Shown here piece by piece: positions 52,283-62,450 of a DNA stretch of 64,000 nucleotides. How positions within the stretch are numbered: position 1 is the stretch's first letter; each line of letters starts with the position of its first letter. Under the pieces are notes generated by a model. It was not told the origin of the DNA and ran no database searches. It saw nothing but the letters and a program-made list of their open reading frames with translations. The position numbers were made by a program, and so were the translations under genes. The stretch is from Chromera velia. Its lineage: Eukaryota. Location: contig JAHBMJ010000443.1 of the NCBI GenBank assembly GCA_018398765.1, forward strand, positions 124,001 to 188,000, read 5' to 3'.

Positions 52283-54114
52283 TCCTTCTTTGTTTCTTTC
52301 TCCCTTTCTTTTCGTTCCTTCCTGTCCTTCCTTTCTTCGTTCGGAGAGACAGACGCATAGAGAGTCCCGCCGGCAGACTGTGTGTTCTTTCTTCTCTCCT
52401 CTTTCTCTTCCACTTCTTAAACACTGGGTCAGACAGACAGACAGACAGACAGACGGACAGACTATATGTTTCTTCTTCTCCCTTCTTTCAGACAGACAGG
52501 CAGACTATATGTTTCTTCTTCTCCCTTCTTTCAGACAGACAGGCAGACTATGACAGACAACCTATATCGTCTTCTCTCTTCCTTTTTCTCTCCTGTTTTT
52601 TTCTGTCTTCTTTCGGCGCGCTCTCTCAGTGGAAGGTTGAGCTCCAGGCCTTGAGCGTAACCTGCGGCCCTTCCTTGCCCAGTGCAGGCTTGCGCCTTCG
52701 TACTTCCCATTCTTTCCATCTGGCCGTGTTCGTCTTTCCTTTCGTTTACGAGGCAGCAGCAGCAGCAGCCAGGCCCCCCCAACTGCCAGCAGCATTAGCA
52801 ACTCTGACCTTCCTTTTTTCAGACAGACTGTATCGTCTTTTCTCTTTCTTCATTCTCTTCTGACAGACTGTATGGTTTCTTTCCCTCCTCTTCTCCTTGA
52901 ACACAACAGACAGAAATAAAGAAAGCAACAAAGACAACAGAACAGACAGACAGATACACAGACAGATAGATACACAGAGAGACAGAGAGACTTGGTTTCT
53001 TTCCCAGACAGGCATACAGACTATATCTTTCTTCTTCAGACAGGCAGGCAGGCAAGCAGGCAAGACAGGCAAGCAGACAGACAGGCAAGCAAAGCAGACA
53101 GCCGGGCAGGAGGCCAGCAAGCAAACTGACCGAACCTCCTCCGATAGAACTCACGAATCACCCGCTCCTCCCCCCCCTCAGGGCCAGCCACGACCAGTTC
53201 GACCCCCAGCTTGCTCAGTGAGTCGATCACCTGAGTTGCAAAACAACAAATGCAGAAAGCCCGACACGCAGAGTTTGAGGGAGACAGATAGAACAGAACT
53301 GGAAGGTCACGAGAAGGGAAGTCAACATGGAGGAAAGCCGGAAGGAACATCCGAACCATACGATACGATACCAGACGGGAGGGAGAGGGATGACGCGAGA
53401 ACGAGGGACACAGAATAAGAGAATTGCGAGAAATTTGAGAGAAAGAGGCAATCAGAAGGGTATTGTTGACCGAGCTCTTCCTGTTTTCACCCTCAAGTAA
53501 CTGCCACTTTGTCATCGGTCCTTCTTCTTTTTCCGCATACAGAGAAAGAGACCGACCTGCTCCCACATGCGGGTAGGAAAGACTTTAGGGGTTCCGTGCT
53601 CCATCAAATCCCCCACCGTCTCCCTGTTCGGCCGCTGAGCAGCAGCGAACTTCTTGGCCGTCTGCTCATCGCTGATGCTCTCACGCAAGGCGTCTAGCTG
53701 CTTGTCGTCCATCTCATTCAAATGATCCGCCAGGTCGTCTGGATTCTTGCAGGCTGCAAAAAGACGGCCGTGTTCGTTGAAAATCTCCTCAGCCCTCTGC
53801 TGCCAGACGTGCGTGTCCCTCTGTCGAAAGAAGGGTCCTTCTTCGTTCGCGAGAACGCCGACCACCGTCACACTTCCGGTGCTTGTCAGAGTCTGCACCA
53901 AATTCGACAGAGTCTGGTGAAAGCTGTGGTAGTCGGATCCCATCAACGCGATCGCATCTCCATACTGGATGTTGGCCATGTAATGGATGTACAGGTCGGG
54001 AATCAGATTGCATAGGTCGAGAATTAAACAGAGGCTCTTCCTTCCATCATAAGTAACGAGGGACCAGAGCTTCTGCTCCTCGAGAAAAGTCTCAAGCCCG
54101 TAGCACCCGGGCAT
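31297..54114 (-). CDS. Giant 26-exon protein (~3,700 aa): Asteroid/FAM120-like PIN nuclease fold + DEVH-box (DEAH/RHA family) RNA helicase with HA2 + long C-terminal region
   Basis: Manual splicing using GT/AG sites is phase-consistent from ATG 54114 to TGA 31297. Exons (approximate): 54114-53557, 53230-53131, 51902-50176, 49816-49159, 48872-48501, 47995-47602, 47214-47061, 46571-46216, 45933-45834, 45573-45399, 45135-44598, 44269-44139, 43821-43408, 42884-42696, 41412-41237, 40777-40687, 40185-39971, 39691-39352, 38773-38663, 38267-37708, 37302-36289, 35893-35725, 35199-35051, 34635-34297, 33994-33553, 33127-31297. Confidence 0.8.
44598..48872 (-). other. DEAH/RHA helicase core and HA2 region within the giant gene
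   Basis: Motif I GKTGCGKST; Ia TQPRRIAAISLAKRV; VGYRI; Ib VTDGYLLQ; II LDEVHER; III MSAT; IV LVFLPG; LHS; V LATNIAESSITIPDV; VI SCAQRAGRAGR; HA2-like SLEPP...AVSTLAKQGAL...VTAFG. Confidence 0.93.
48020..48177. repeat. Intronic ~38-bp tandem repeat x4 (catccattcatggaacacccaagaggcacgcagg)
   Basis: Directly visible in the intron between the helicase motif I/Ia exon and the DEVH exon. Confidence 0.9.
49560..54114 (-). other. Asteroid/FAM120-like (XPG/FEN1 PIN superfamily) region within the giant gene
   Basis: MPGCYGLETFLEE...LILDLCNL...LY...GSDYHSF...LSNLV..L; PTRMWEQVIDSLSKLGVELVV...EGGEERVI; IVSTDTNLLFYD; FRPLRFLLGLL; EVEAAL; P...SGPFL. These follow the order of recalled ASTE1/FAM120 blocks (MGxxGLxxF, xxD, GGDY, EAD, VLSxDSDF). 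Confidence 0.65.
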
Positions 54115-55016
54115 CTTTTCTCAAATTGCCTTCCACTGCACAGCTAAAGGAAGCGAAATAAATAAATAGGAACTGCAGAAAGAAGCGAGCACGAAGGCTC
54201 CCTCCCGCTCAAAGGAGAGGGAGACACCAGCGGTGAGAAAGAGACAGCTGCAGACTGATCAATCGAGCCTCCCTGTCTCAATCCGCTGGAACAAAAATAG
54301 AAACACCACAGGGCCACATGGAAGAAGAACTGCGGAAATGCTCTGCCAAACCGTCCAGACGAACTTTGGGTTGAGAGGAGGGAGCGGCACTTAATTATTA
54401 ATAATAATTGGTCAAAGATCACCTGAAAATACGTACCTAAAATGGCAGGCGAATTAACTTCAGTGCAAATTTTTAAGCGCGTGCAACTTTGAACAACGCT
54501 TTTGGTGCGCGGCGCCGCGGGCCATGGGCCCATGCAGTCCCGGCTATACCCTCCCCAGCTAGACCCCGCGGCCCATGCAAACTTTCATGCATGCGAGGGC
54601 CCTCTGCGAGAAGTTCCGCGCAAGAGCTAGGAATGCGGCCGAATGCCGGCCTGGGCCCACAGTGACGGGATACATGACATACATGTAAGGGGTGACACAA
54701 AAAAAACGACGGATCAACTATTCAACCGGCCGTGCATGTCACCCCAGACGCGTACCAAAGTAGGCGAGATACTCGAATTTTTTCTGCGTGGTCTTTGTGA
54801 GCCTACATAGCTCACTGTATCAGTTTGGTCACCTCAACAGACAGGTCACAGCTGCCCGGCGACTTTCCATGCTAGAGAATTCGTCTTGCTGCGAAATTGA
54901 CTTGCCTCTGCGTTTTCTGTGCCTTTCTAGTGGGGGGTCTGCAAAGTCCGCCATAAGGCCTGGTCGTTTGCTTTGACTGCGAGACGGCCTAGATCGACCG
55001 AAAGAAACAAAGAGGG
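54115..55016. promoter_or_regulatory. Putative bidirectional promoter between the PIN-helicase gene and the bestrophin gene
   Basis: Head-to-head start codons 902 bp apart. The GC-rich core has CATG/GCATGC palindromes and a GGGGTGACA motif on both strands. Confidence 0.5.
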
Positions 55017-58000
55017 ATGGTGAAGAGTCTTGGTCTCCTTCCCGCAGCATTGTTGCTGTGTGGAACTTCTGAAGGCTTCACTCCCCTTCGTTCTCCCCCC
55101 TCTGGACAAACGCAGTCTCAGAAGAGGGACAGTCGGCTTGAAGTGGCTCGCCCTCCTCTTGTGGGCACTGTGATTGGCAGTCCTGTGCAGGCACCCGCAG
55201 CACCACCGGGTTCCAAGAAAATGCGCTACTCGTCAGAAGACTGGTTGGAGAACTTGACCAGCCTTCCCATTTCCAAAATTGGAGAAAGAATCTTCAACCA
55301 TCTTCTGGCCAAGTAAGGGAAGAGTACGAGATCCTCCCTCTGCTTCTCTCATCTTCTCTCGTCTGCTCTCTTTGGGTGTACCCCCTCTGCCTGCGTACTC
55401 TTCTTGTCTTGCAGCACTCTCTGGGCCTGTGCGGTGCTGGCTATCGATGAGTGGAAGCCAGAGCTGTTCAGCGACTTCCCGACACTGCCGCACACCGTCT
55501 TGGCGTCCTCTCTCTCCCTCCTTCTGGTAGGTTGGGACTCGGGGAGAGGGGGGGGGGAAGTGCGAGTGTCTGGGAGAAAGTTCTTGGGGCATGTTTGCGC
55601 CTTTGAGCCTTCTCTGTCTGTCCGATGCGTCCTTTTTGCATAGGCACCTTGGCTGCTTTGCTTCTGGGTCCCGTCCATCTTCTCCTTTCTTCAGCCCTCA
55701 CGGTTCTCAAAGTACTTCTAATTCGCCTTCTCAGAACACTTCGGGGTCTTGTCTCTGGTACCGCGTGACTAGATGGGTAGATGTCTGCAGACTGTTCCTT
55801 CCAATTTTGTCTGCACAATTAAGTGCGCTCACTGCTTTCTGCTCTGCAGGTGTTTCGAACGAATGCGAGTTACGTATAGGAATAAATTTTCTATACTATG
55901 CTCTGCAGGTGTTTCGAACGAATGCGAGTTACGTATAAGAATAAATTTTCTATACTATGCTCTGTAGGTGTTTCGGACGAATGCGAGTTACGACCGTTGG
56001 TGGGAGGCGCGGAAGGTGTGGGGTGCGATTGTGAACAAGTCGCGTGAGATGGCGACGTTCGTGTTCTCGTCCACGGACCCCCAGTACCACCTGACCTTGG
56101 GGGCGTTCGTGTGCCTGGCACCGTTCGCCATGAAGCAGCACTTGCAGGTCGGTCAGTCAGCTTGGAACGGAAACTCTCGTACCATTTTGTTTCACTCACT
56201 CTGTATCTGTTTGTGTTTCCTGTGCCACTTTCTGTATTGAGGCTGATGGTTGTACAGGGAGGAGAGATCAAAAATGCGTCCACGTGAATGAGTGCAAAAG
56301 TGCGTTTCTTCATGTGCGTGCTATTGGCATGTTATGCGACGTCACGCAGATCCTCCTCGGTGTTTCCATTCACACAGACCGCACACATTCCCTTGTTTAG
56401 CTAGCGTCGTAACTGGCAAGGAATCCTCTGACTGACTGACTGACTGACTGACTGCAGGGAGTGCGGGACCCTGAGGAGCTTCTGAAGAAGTTGAGAGACT
56501 TCGGCGTGGAGCTCTCGGAGGTGGAGAGAAAATGGCTGATGGCTCAGGAGAACATTCCTCTGATCATCTTCAAGGTGAGCTGTTTGGGTGTCGTTGCGTT
56601 CGTTCGTTGGAAGGAAGGGGTAGATGGGAGGCATGTGAGATGGGCGCTGTCTTAAATTTCATTTTGTTTCCTTCCTAGTCTTTCTCCACATACTTCCTCT
56701 TCCTGTCTCTTTGTGTCGAGGAAGGAAGAAGGACTGATTGGAATCAACGAACAAAAGCAGAGCATTTCCCGAAAGAGTCTCTCTCAGAGGGGACCCTTTC
56801 TGCCTGCCGAAGCTGAGGGGCACATCTACATGCATGCACATGAATAAGTGAGACAGAGAGAACGTCCGAGATGAGTGTACAAGGTCAAGTGGGACCCGTC
56901 CTGGATCTTGAATGAAAATTCACTTCTAGAGGGAGGAAGCGACCGAAGAAGAGACCACGACTTGCAGGCGCGATCAATTTGTAGAGAAACAAGTGGCCGG
57001 AAAAAAAAGAAAGAAAGAATGAGAGAACGAATGAAAGAATGCGCTGACGAAGCAGTCAACATATGTATGAATAGATGAATGAATGAATAAATGAATGAAT
57101 GAATGAATAATTGCTTGAATGACTTCTGCAGTTTCAGCAAGAAGCCCTGAAGGTTGCCCTGAGGGGCGGCCAGATTCCTGACGGTTCCGATGGCACGAAC
57201 AGATTTCTCTTGAAGAACACCGTCAGAGAGGGACAGCAGAAAGCAATTCGGTCGAGGCCGGAAGAGACGACAGAAGGCGGAAGAGAAAGAGAACGTGCAG
57301 AGGTTGCAGACCGTGCCATGAGCATGTCTGGGAACATTGAGTACTCCCTTTTGTACGTTGTGCCGATGATCGTGCGAGCCCAGCAGATGGTGGGGGACAT
57401 GATCGACAACCTCGGGAAGTGTGAGAGGATTCTCAAGTCTCCTGGTGGGTCTCTCTCTCTGTCTCTGTCTCTGTCTTGTCTGTCTGTCTGCCTGTATAAT
57501 CTGTCTGCCTCTCTCTCTTTCTCTCTCCACATTGGCCTTCTCTCACCTTTGCACCCTGGTTTTTGTTTTGCCCCGATTGTTCCTTCGCCGTCTCCGCTGG
57601 ATCCTCCTCTTTCGTTCTTTGTTTGCAGTTCCCCTGTCTTACTCTCGACACACTTCTCGCCTTCTGAGCGTTTTCTGTGCCACGCTCCCGATGGCGCTCG
57701 TCCACCGTCTGGACCTTCTGACCCCCCCCGTGATGCTGCTGGTTGGTTGGGGGCTTTTTGCCATTGAGGAGATCGGGCATTACATCGAGGAGCCGTTTTC
57801 TCTGGAGACGAACGTTTTGGGTCTGCAGGGGATTTGCGGGACGATCGAGAGGGGGGTGAAGGGGGTGCTGTCTCAGAATGAAGAGTGGGACTGCGGGAGA
57901 ATGGACGCCGCACAGATGAATCACTATATCGGATTGAGCGGCATGGGGGGGGGTGCTGAAGAGGAAGAAGAAGAAGAGAGAAGAGAAGGAATGCAGAAAG

Positions 58001-58551
58001 AACAATTGGATGATGACGACACCGCAGCAGAAGCAAGAGAGCTGTTGGATCTTCCGTCTGCGTCTGCTCCCGTTTCTGCTGCCTCCGTTTCTGTACCCGT
58101 CTCTGCCGCCTCTGTTTCTGTACCCGTCTCTGACACCTCTGTTTCTGTACCCGTCTCTTTCAGCAAAACACAAACACAGATGCAGACAGAGACACAAACG
58201 CAGATGCAGACAGAGACAGAGACAGAAACAGAGAGTCCAACGGAGATCCCCCTAACGCCCACTCGGTGGGGTCGTTTCCGCCGTCGCGTGAAGAATTTCT
58301 TCGGAAGGGGGGTGGCTGAAGGGACACGAGAAAGAGTCGTTGAGGGACAGGTGGGAGGGCTGACACCGGTCTCGGGTGGGGAGGCAGAAGAGGCGAGGAA
58401 GGAGTTGGGTCGGCTGGCGAGAGAGGCAGTGGAGTCGATAGAGCTCGATGAGAGATCAGATCAGAAGGGGGGGGTGCAAGGTGAAGAGGAGGCACTTCCG
58501 CAAACAGCGGAGGTCCCTGAGGCTGAGGCTGCTGCTGCTTCTTCACGATAG
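55017..58551 (+). CDS. Bestrophin-like (UPF0187/YneE/VCCN1/BST-type) anion channel with signal + transit-like presequence; exons 55017-55312, 55415-55526, 55968-56147, 56458-56574, 57132-57444, 57629-58551 (~646 aa)
   Basis: Family signatures SLSLLL|VFRTNASYDRWWEARKVWGAIVN, LGKCERILKSPVPLSYSRHTSR and AIEEIGHYIEEPF. All junctions are GT-AG and phase-consistent. N-terminus: MVKSLGLLPAALLLCGTSEG-FTPLRSPP. Confidence 0.9.
55841..55992 (+). repeat. 59-bp tandem repeat that triplicates the exon-3 splice acceptor and the codons for VFRTNASY
   Basis: gctctgcag|gtgtttcgaacgaatgcgagttac|gtata..ctatactat repeated. Exon starts are possible at 55850, 55909 and 55968. Confidence 0.93.
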
Positions 58552-58741
58552 CCCTCCTTCCTTGCTTCCTGAGGAGGAGAACTGACTTGCTGCGGCAGTT
58601 CATGACTTTCTTTTTTCTGGTGCTTGGTTAACGCTATCTGACTGACTGCCTGACAACTGTCTCTCTTCCTTCGTGTAAAGACGACAGGGAAGCGAGACAG
58701 CGTAACAGACACGAAAGGAGTAATACACTTCAGCATGCGAG

Positions 58742-58790
<49 letters not shown>

Positions 58791-61096
58791 GAGAAAGATT
58801 GGAGATGGGGTGATAACAGCAATGCATGTTAGGTCTTCATTTGATCTCTTTTCTTTTCCTTTCTTTTCTTTTTTCGAGGTGAAACTTCATTTTTGCGTTT
58901 CCTCGAGGGCCCACTCTCCCACCTATTTTTCTGTTCGTTGTTCTAGATGAAGACTCGCGAGAAACACAGTCTGAGAATAGAAGAGAGAAAATTCGACCAG
59001 ACACATTTTCGTCGCGGTGTACAGCCCCGATCAACTTGTCAGGATGCATAACGGTGCATGCACTGTGCAGTTGAGCTCAACAGAGAGAGAAAGGCAATCG
59101 TTAGTTCACTCGGTAGTCTGCATTGCATATTAAGTGAATCGAATGGTGAAAGTTTCAACAAAGTACTGTGAAGACCTTGACCCGGCAGGCTGTCCTGGCC
59201 TAGCTCGGCCATGGCTCGAGGACAGTCACTACATGCATGATGAAGTCTGTTCACGTGTGTGCACATGCGTAGATTCGCAGGGGGCTTTTCTTTTCTTTTC
59301 TTTTGCTTTTGCTTTGGTTTGGCGCCGTCTTTGGTGAATTTTTCTGGTTGCTTTCCCTCTTTCTCGTTCTCCATTGAGGTGCTTTTTGTTCCTCTTTGGT
59401 TCGTCTTTTTGCGTTTTGACTGGAGACGGCATTTGAAGAGAAGACGTGGAGGCGAAGTTTCAAAGAGGCCCCTGGGGGTCTTTGTATAGAGTGGGGGTGC
59501 GTGTGAGTAGATTCAAAACCTCGGTCTCGTGCCCGGGACTTTCCATCATTCATTTGTGACTCAATTGCCTTTCCGTCTGGAGTACAACACGAGGCGAAGA
59601 AATATGAAAAAGGGGAAGGAGGAATACACGGCAAATGAGGGAAAAAATGAGGAAAAGAAAATCGAAAGAAGCATTTCATTCATGCATGCATACATACAGC
59701 AGTTGAATAAAAGACAGGGACAGGAAAAGCATTTTTTGCGAAAACCCGCAATTAAGTCAACCACTAAGTTCTCACAGGTCGATCTTGGGCACTGCCTTCA
59801 CACCTTCTGTGTAAAAGGAAAGGAGGTAAGTCAAACGATCGACTCAACAGAATGTCAGTCAGAAGATTAATGAAAGATGGACGAATAGCAGGGCCTGTTT
59901 TGAAATTCTCTGATGGGTTTTAAGGAGGGACGACAGAATGTCGACAGGTGGTGGTCATTTTGCATGGATGGATGGATGGATGGATGGGCCCTGCCTCTTT
60001 TAATTGCATGGATGAGTGGGTGCAGTTGTGCATGACATCGTATGATCAGCACGTTCATTCCCTGTCCGGTGAAACGCAGTGATCCTCAAATTTGTGAATT
60101 GATTCCGTCATGCATGGTCTCGTCCTTCGATGGCCTCAATTCTTCTTTGGCTGACACATGCCGATTCTTCACAGACAGACAGAGAGACAGTCCGTTTGTG
60201 AACATCGCAGTAGCACACAGACCTTGCATGCGTGCATTCATGTGTGCTGTCCTCTTTCTTTGTTAATTATCCAATGACTCTCAGTAACCATTCTTGCGAT
60301 GCAAAGAGAGTTCCACGGACTTGAAGTAAAAGAATTTGAGGAATGGGGGGGAAACTTGCAGACATAGCCCCAGATACAGTCAGATATTATGTATATATAC
60401 ACTAATACATATAGTATAAAGGGTATAGTGTTCGGTTCTAGGTTCGGTTTTAGGTTATATTAGGTTAAGACCGTTAGGTTACTGAAACATTGGCGAGAAC
60501 ATTGACAGTCTGGGGCCTTTAAATTTGTTGAAAACGAATCTGCAAATATATAAATTGAGTATGATTTGTAAAGTTATTTCCAGAATAAAATCTCATTCTA
60601 AATCTATAACTTTGAATCTTAATTTAAACTTTTGTGACTTATATATAACTTTAAAATTTAAATGGGCCACTGACATTATCAGGCTGACTAAGGCTAACTG
60701 ATTGACTCCATCAAGGAGACTGTTTTTCAAATTTTATTCAAGAAAGACAAACAGATCGTTCAGACTTCAAGTTGTGCAAGTATCAGCCGTAGTCGTACGT
60801 GTTCAAAGACTTCAGGGAATCAGGGTTTATCTGGTGATTTGTAAAAACGTGTAATAGGCTTCACTCTAGGCTTCACTTGCGTACATGAGTTTTAACAAAC
60901 ATCAGAACAAACTTGTATCAACTATCTATGCTAACACTCAGTGGCGGCGCTTGAGGCAGACGAATGTCACTGACGTACAGTAGCTGAGCGTAGCTGAGCT
61001 AGTAGCTGAGACTGCTGATGTATACTGATGTAATGTTACAGCGTGTACGTGTCTCTAAGAGGTTTTGGTATGTTCTAGGGTATGTTTTGGCTATCT

Positions 61097-61741
61097 CTAG
61101 CTGCCATTCACGATACGGAAGCCCCCGGTGTCAATGTGCTGAAGAAACCGGTGCTTGAAAGAAGGCTGTCCTTCAAAGTGAGTCTGCACGATCTGGAGCA
61201 CATCCCCGTGTGCCACAAGGACCGTCACCGAGGGACGACTCTCACTTCCGCTGTCGCCTCCACAGGCACTGATCTGCTCTTGGTGGTCTTCGAGAACCTT
61301 CAGTGCCCTTGATTGCACTCTGTCGGTCGTCTCCTGGCCCAAACTTTCGTCCTTGCCCTCCTGCGCAGCATCGAGTTTCCACACCTCTTCGTATTTGTCC
61401 GTGCTTTCCCCATTTAGTCGACCAAAGGATCTCTCCCTGAGGCCCTCCTTCAAGGATAAGGATGGCTGCAGCCCCCCTTCCTTGAATATTTCTAAAAGCT
61501 CACAAGCTGTCTCTCGTGCTCGTTTGAAGTCCGAAGTCAAGATGTGGACCGTCGTGTTCTCTCCATACTTCTCCTCGATGAGCTTCAAAAGTTGGGACGC
61601 CGTCTCCTTTGCCTGCTGTCTCCCGACCTCTGTGAGACCGTGTTGATGCACACTCACGGTCGGATCACACGAAATGATCTTAAGGACATTGGCTTCCGAC
61701 TGCCCGTGACGGACCAGAATCACGGCCCCCTTCGTCGACAT
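61097..61741 (-). CDS. Histidine phosphatase (phosphoglycerate mutase-like) family protein, intronless
   Basis: LVRHGQSEAN, GLTEVGRQQA, TSDFKRARETA, LRERSFG and LVAHGD motifs. Confidence 0.92.
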   Translation of the reverse strand: MSTKGAVILVRHGQSEANVLKIISCDPTVSVHQHGLTEVGRQQAKETASQLLKLIEEKYGENTTVHILTSDFKRARETACELLEIFKEGGLQPSLSLKEGLRERSFGRLNGESTDKYEEVWKLDAAQEGKDESLGQETTDRVQSRALKVLEDHQEQISACGGDSGSESRPSVTVLVAHGDVLQIVQTHFEGQPSFKHRFLQHIDTGGFRIVNGS

Positions 61742-62450
61742 CCCGTCGTCTTCTGGCTATTTTCAGTATTTCTGCAGCTGCCAGTGGTCGTTTGCCGTCT
61801 CCGAGCATATGTATTTGCCGGGTGCCTCCAGCGCGATAGAGACACTCAAACAATAAGAGGCGGTCTGGCAATTCAACTGAGCGGGAAGGGCAACTGAAAC
61901 GTCGTATGAGTGCATATAAACTCATCTAAATGAAGGCTCTCTTTAGGAAACAAGTGATTCACAGCTAGGACCAGGGGTGACACAGGTGCGTACCTTCAGT
62001 CTCCGCAAGCCTGATGCGCCGTCTCCGCGAACGCCTCCATGCACGCGCGGTCGGCCGAGACGTCTCCTTCAATAATTTGAAGGCATCTTGAGCCACCATT
62101 CAAGCCTGACAGCAGTTAATTGCCGGATTCCATCATGATTCAACGTACACTCATCTTCCATCCCAGTTAATAATTCGTCATTCTTTTTTCATACTTTTGA
62201 CCAACCGCTGCCGTCTGTCTCATTGGCCTGAGCCAAGCAGCCGTCAAGTGCACGTGAAGCTGTCGTGCCCGAAAACGCCGTCAAGGTTTGACAGCCAGTG
62301 ATTTCTTGTTACCCGTCTACTTCTGGTGGAAGCGGAGAAAGTGGTAGAGACATCCTTCATTCTGTATTTTTTTGGGGGGGCCCCAAGCAAGATTATCAAA
62401 AAGACAGTCAAGGAGTGTTCTATATTTGGCGAGGGGGCGCCAGAAATAAA

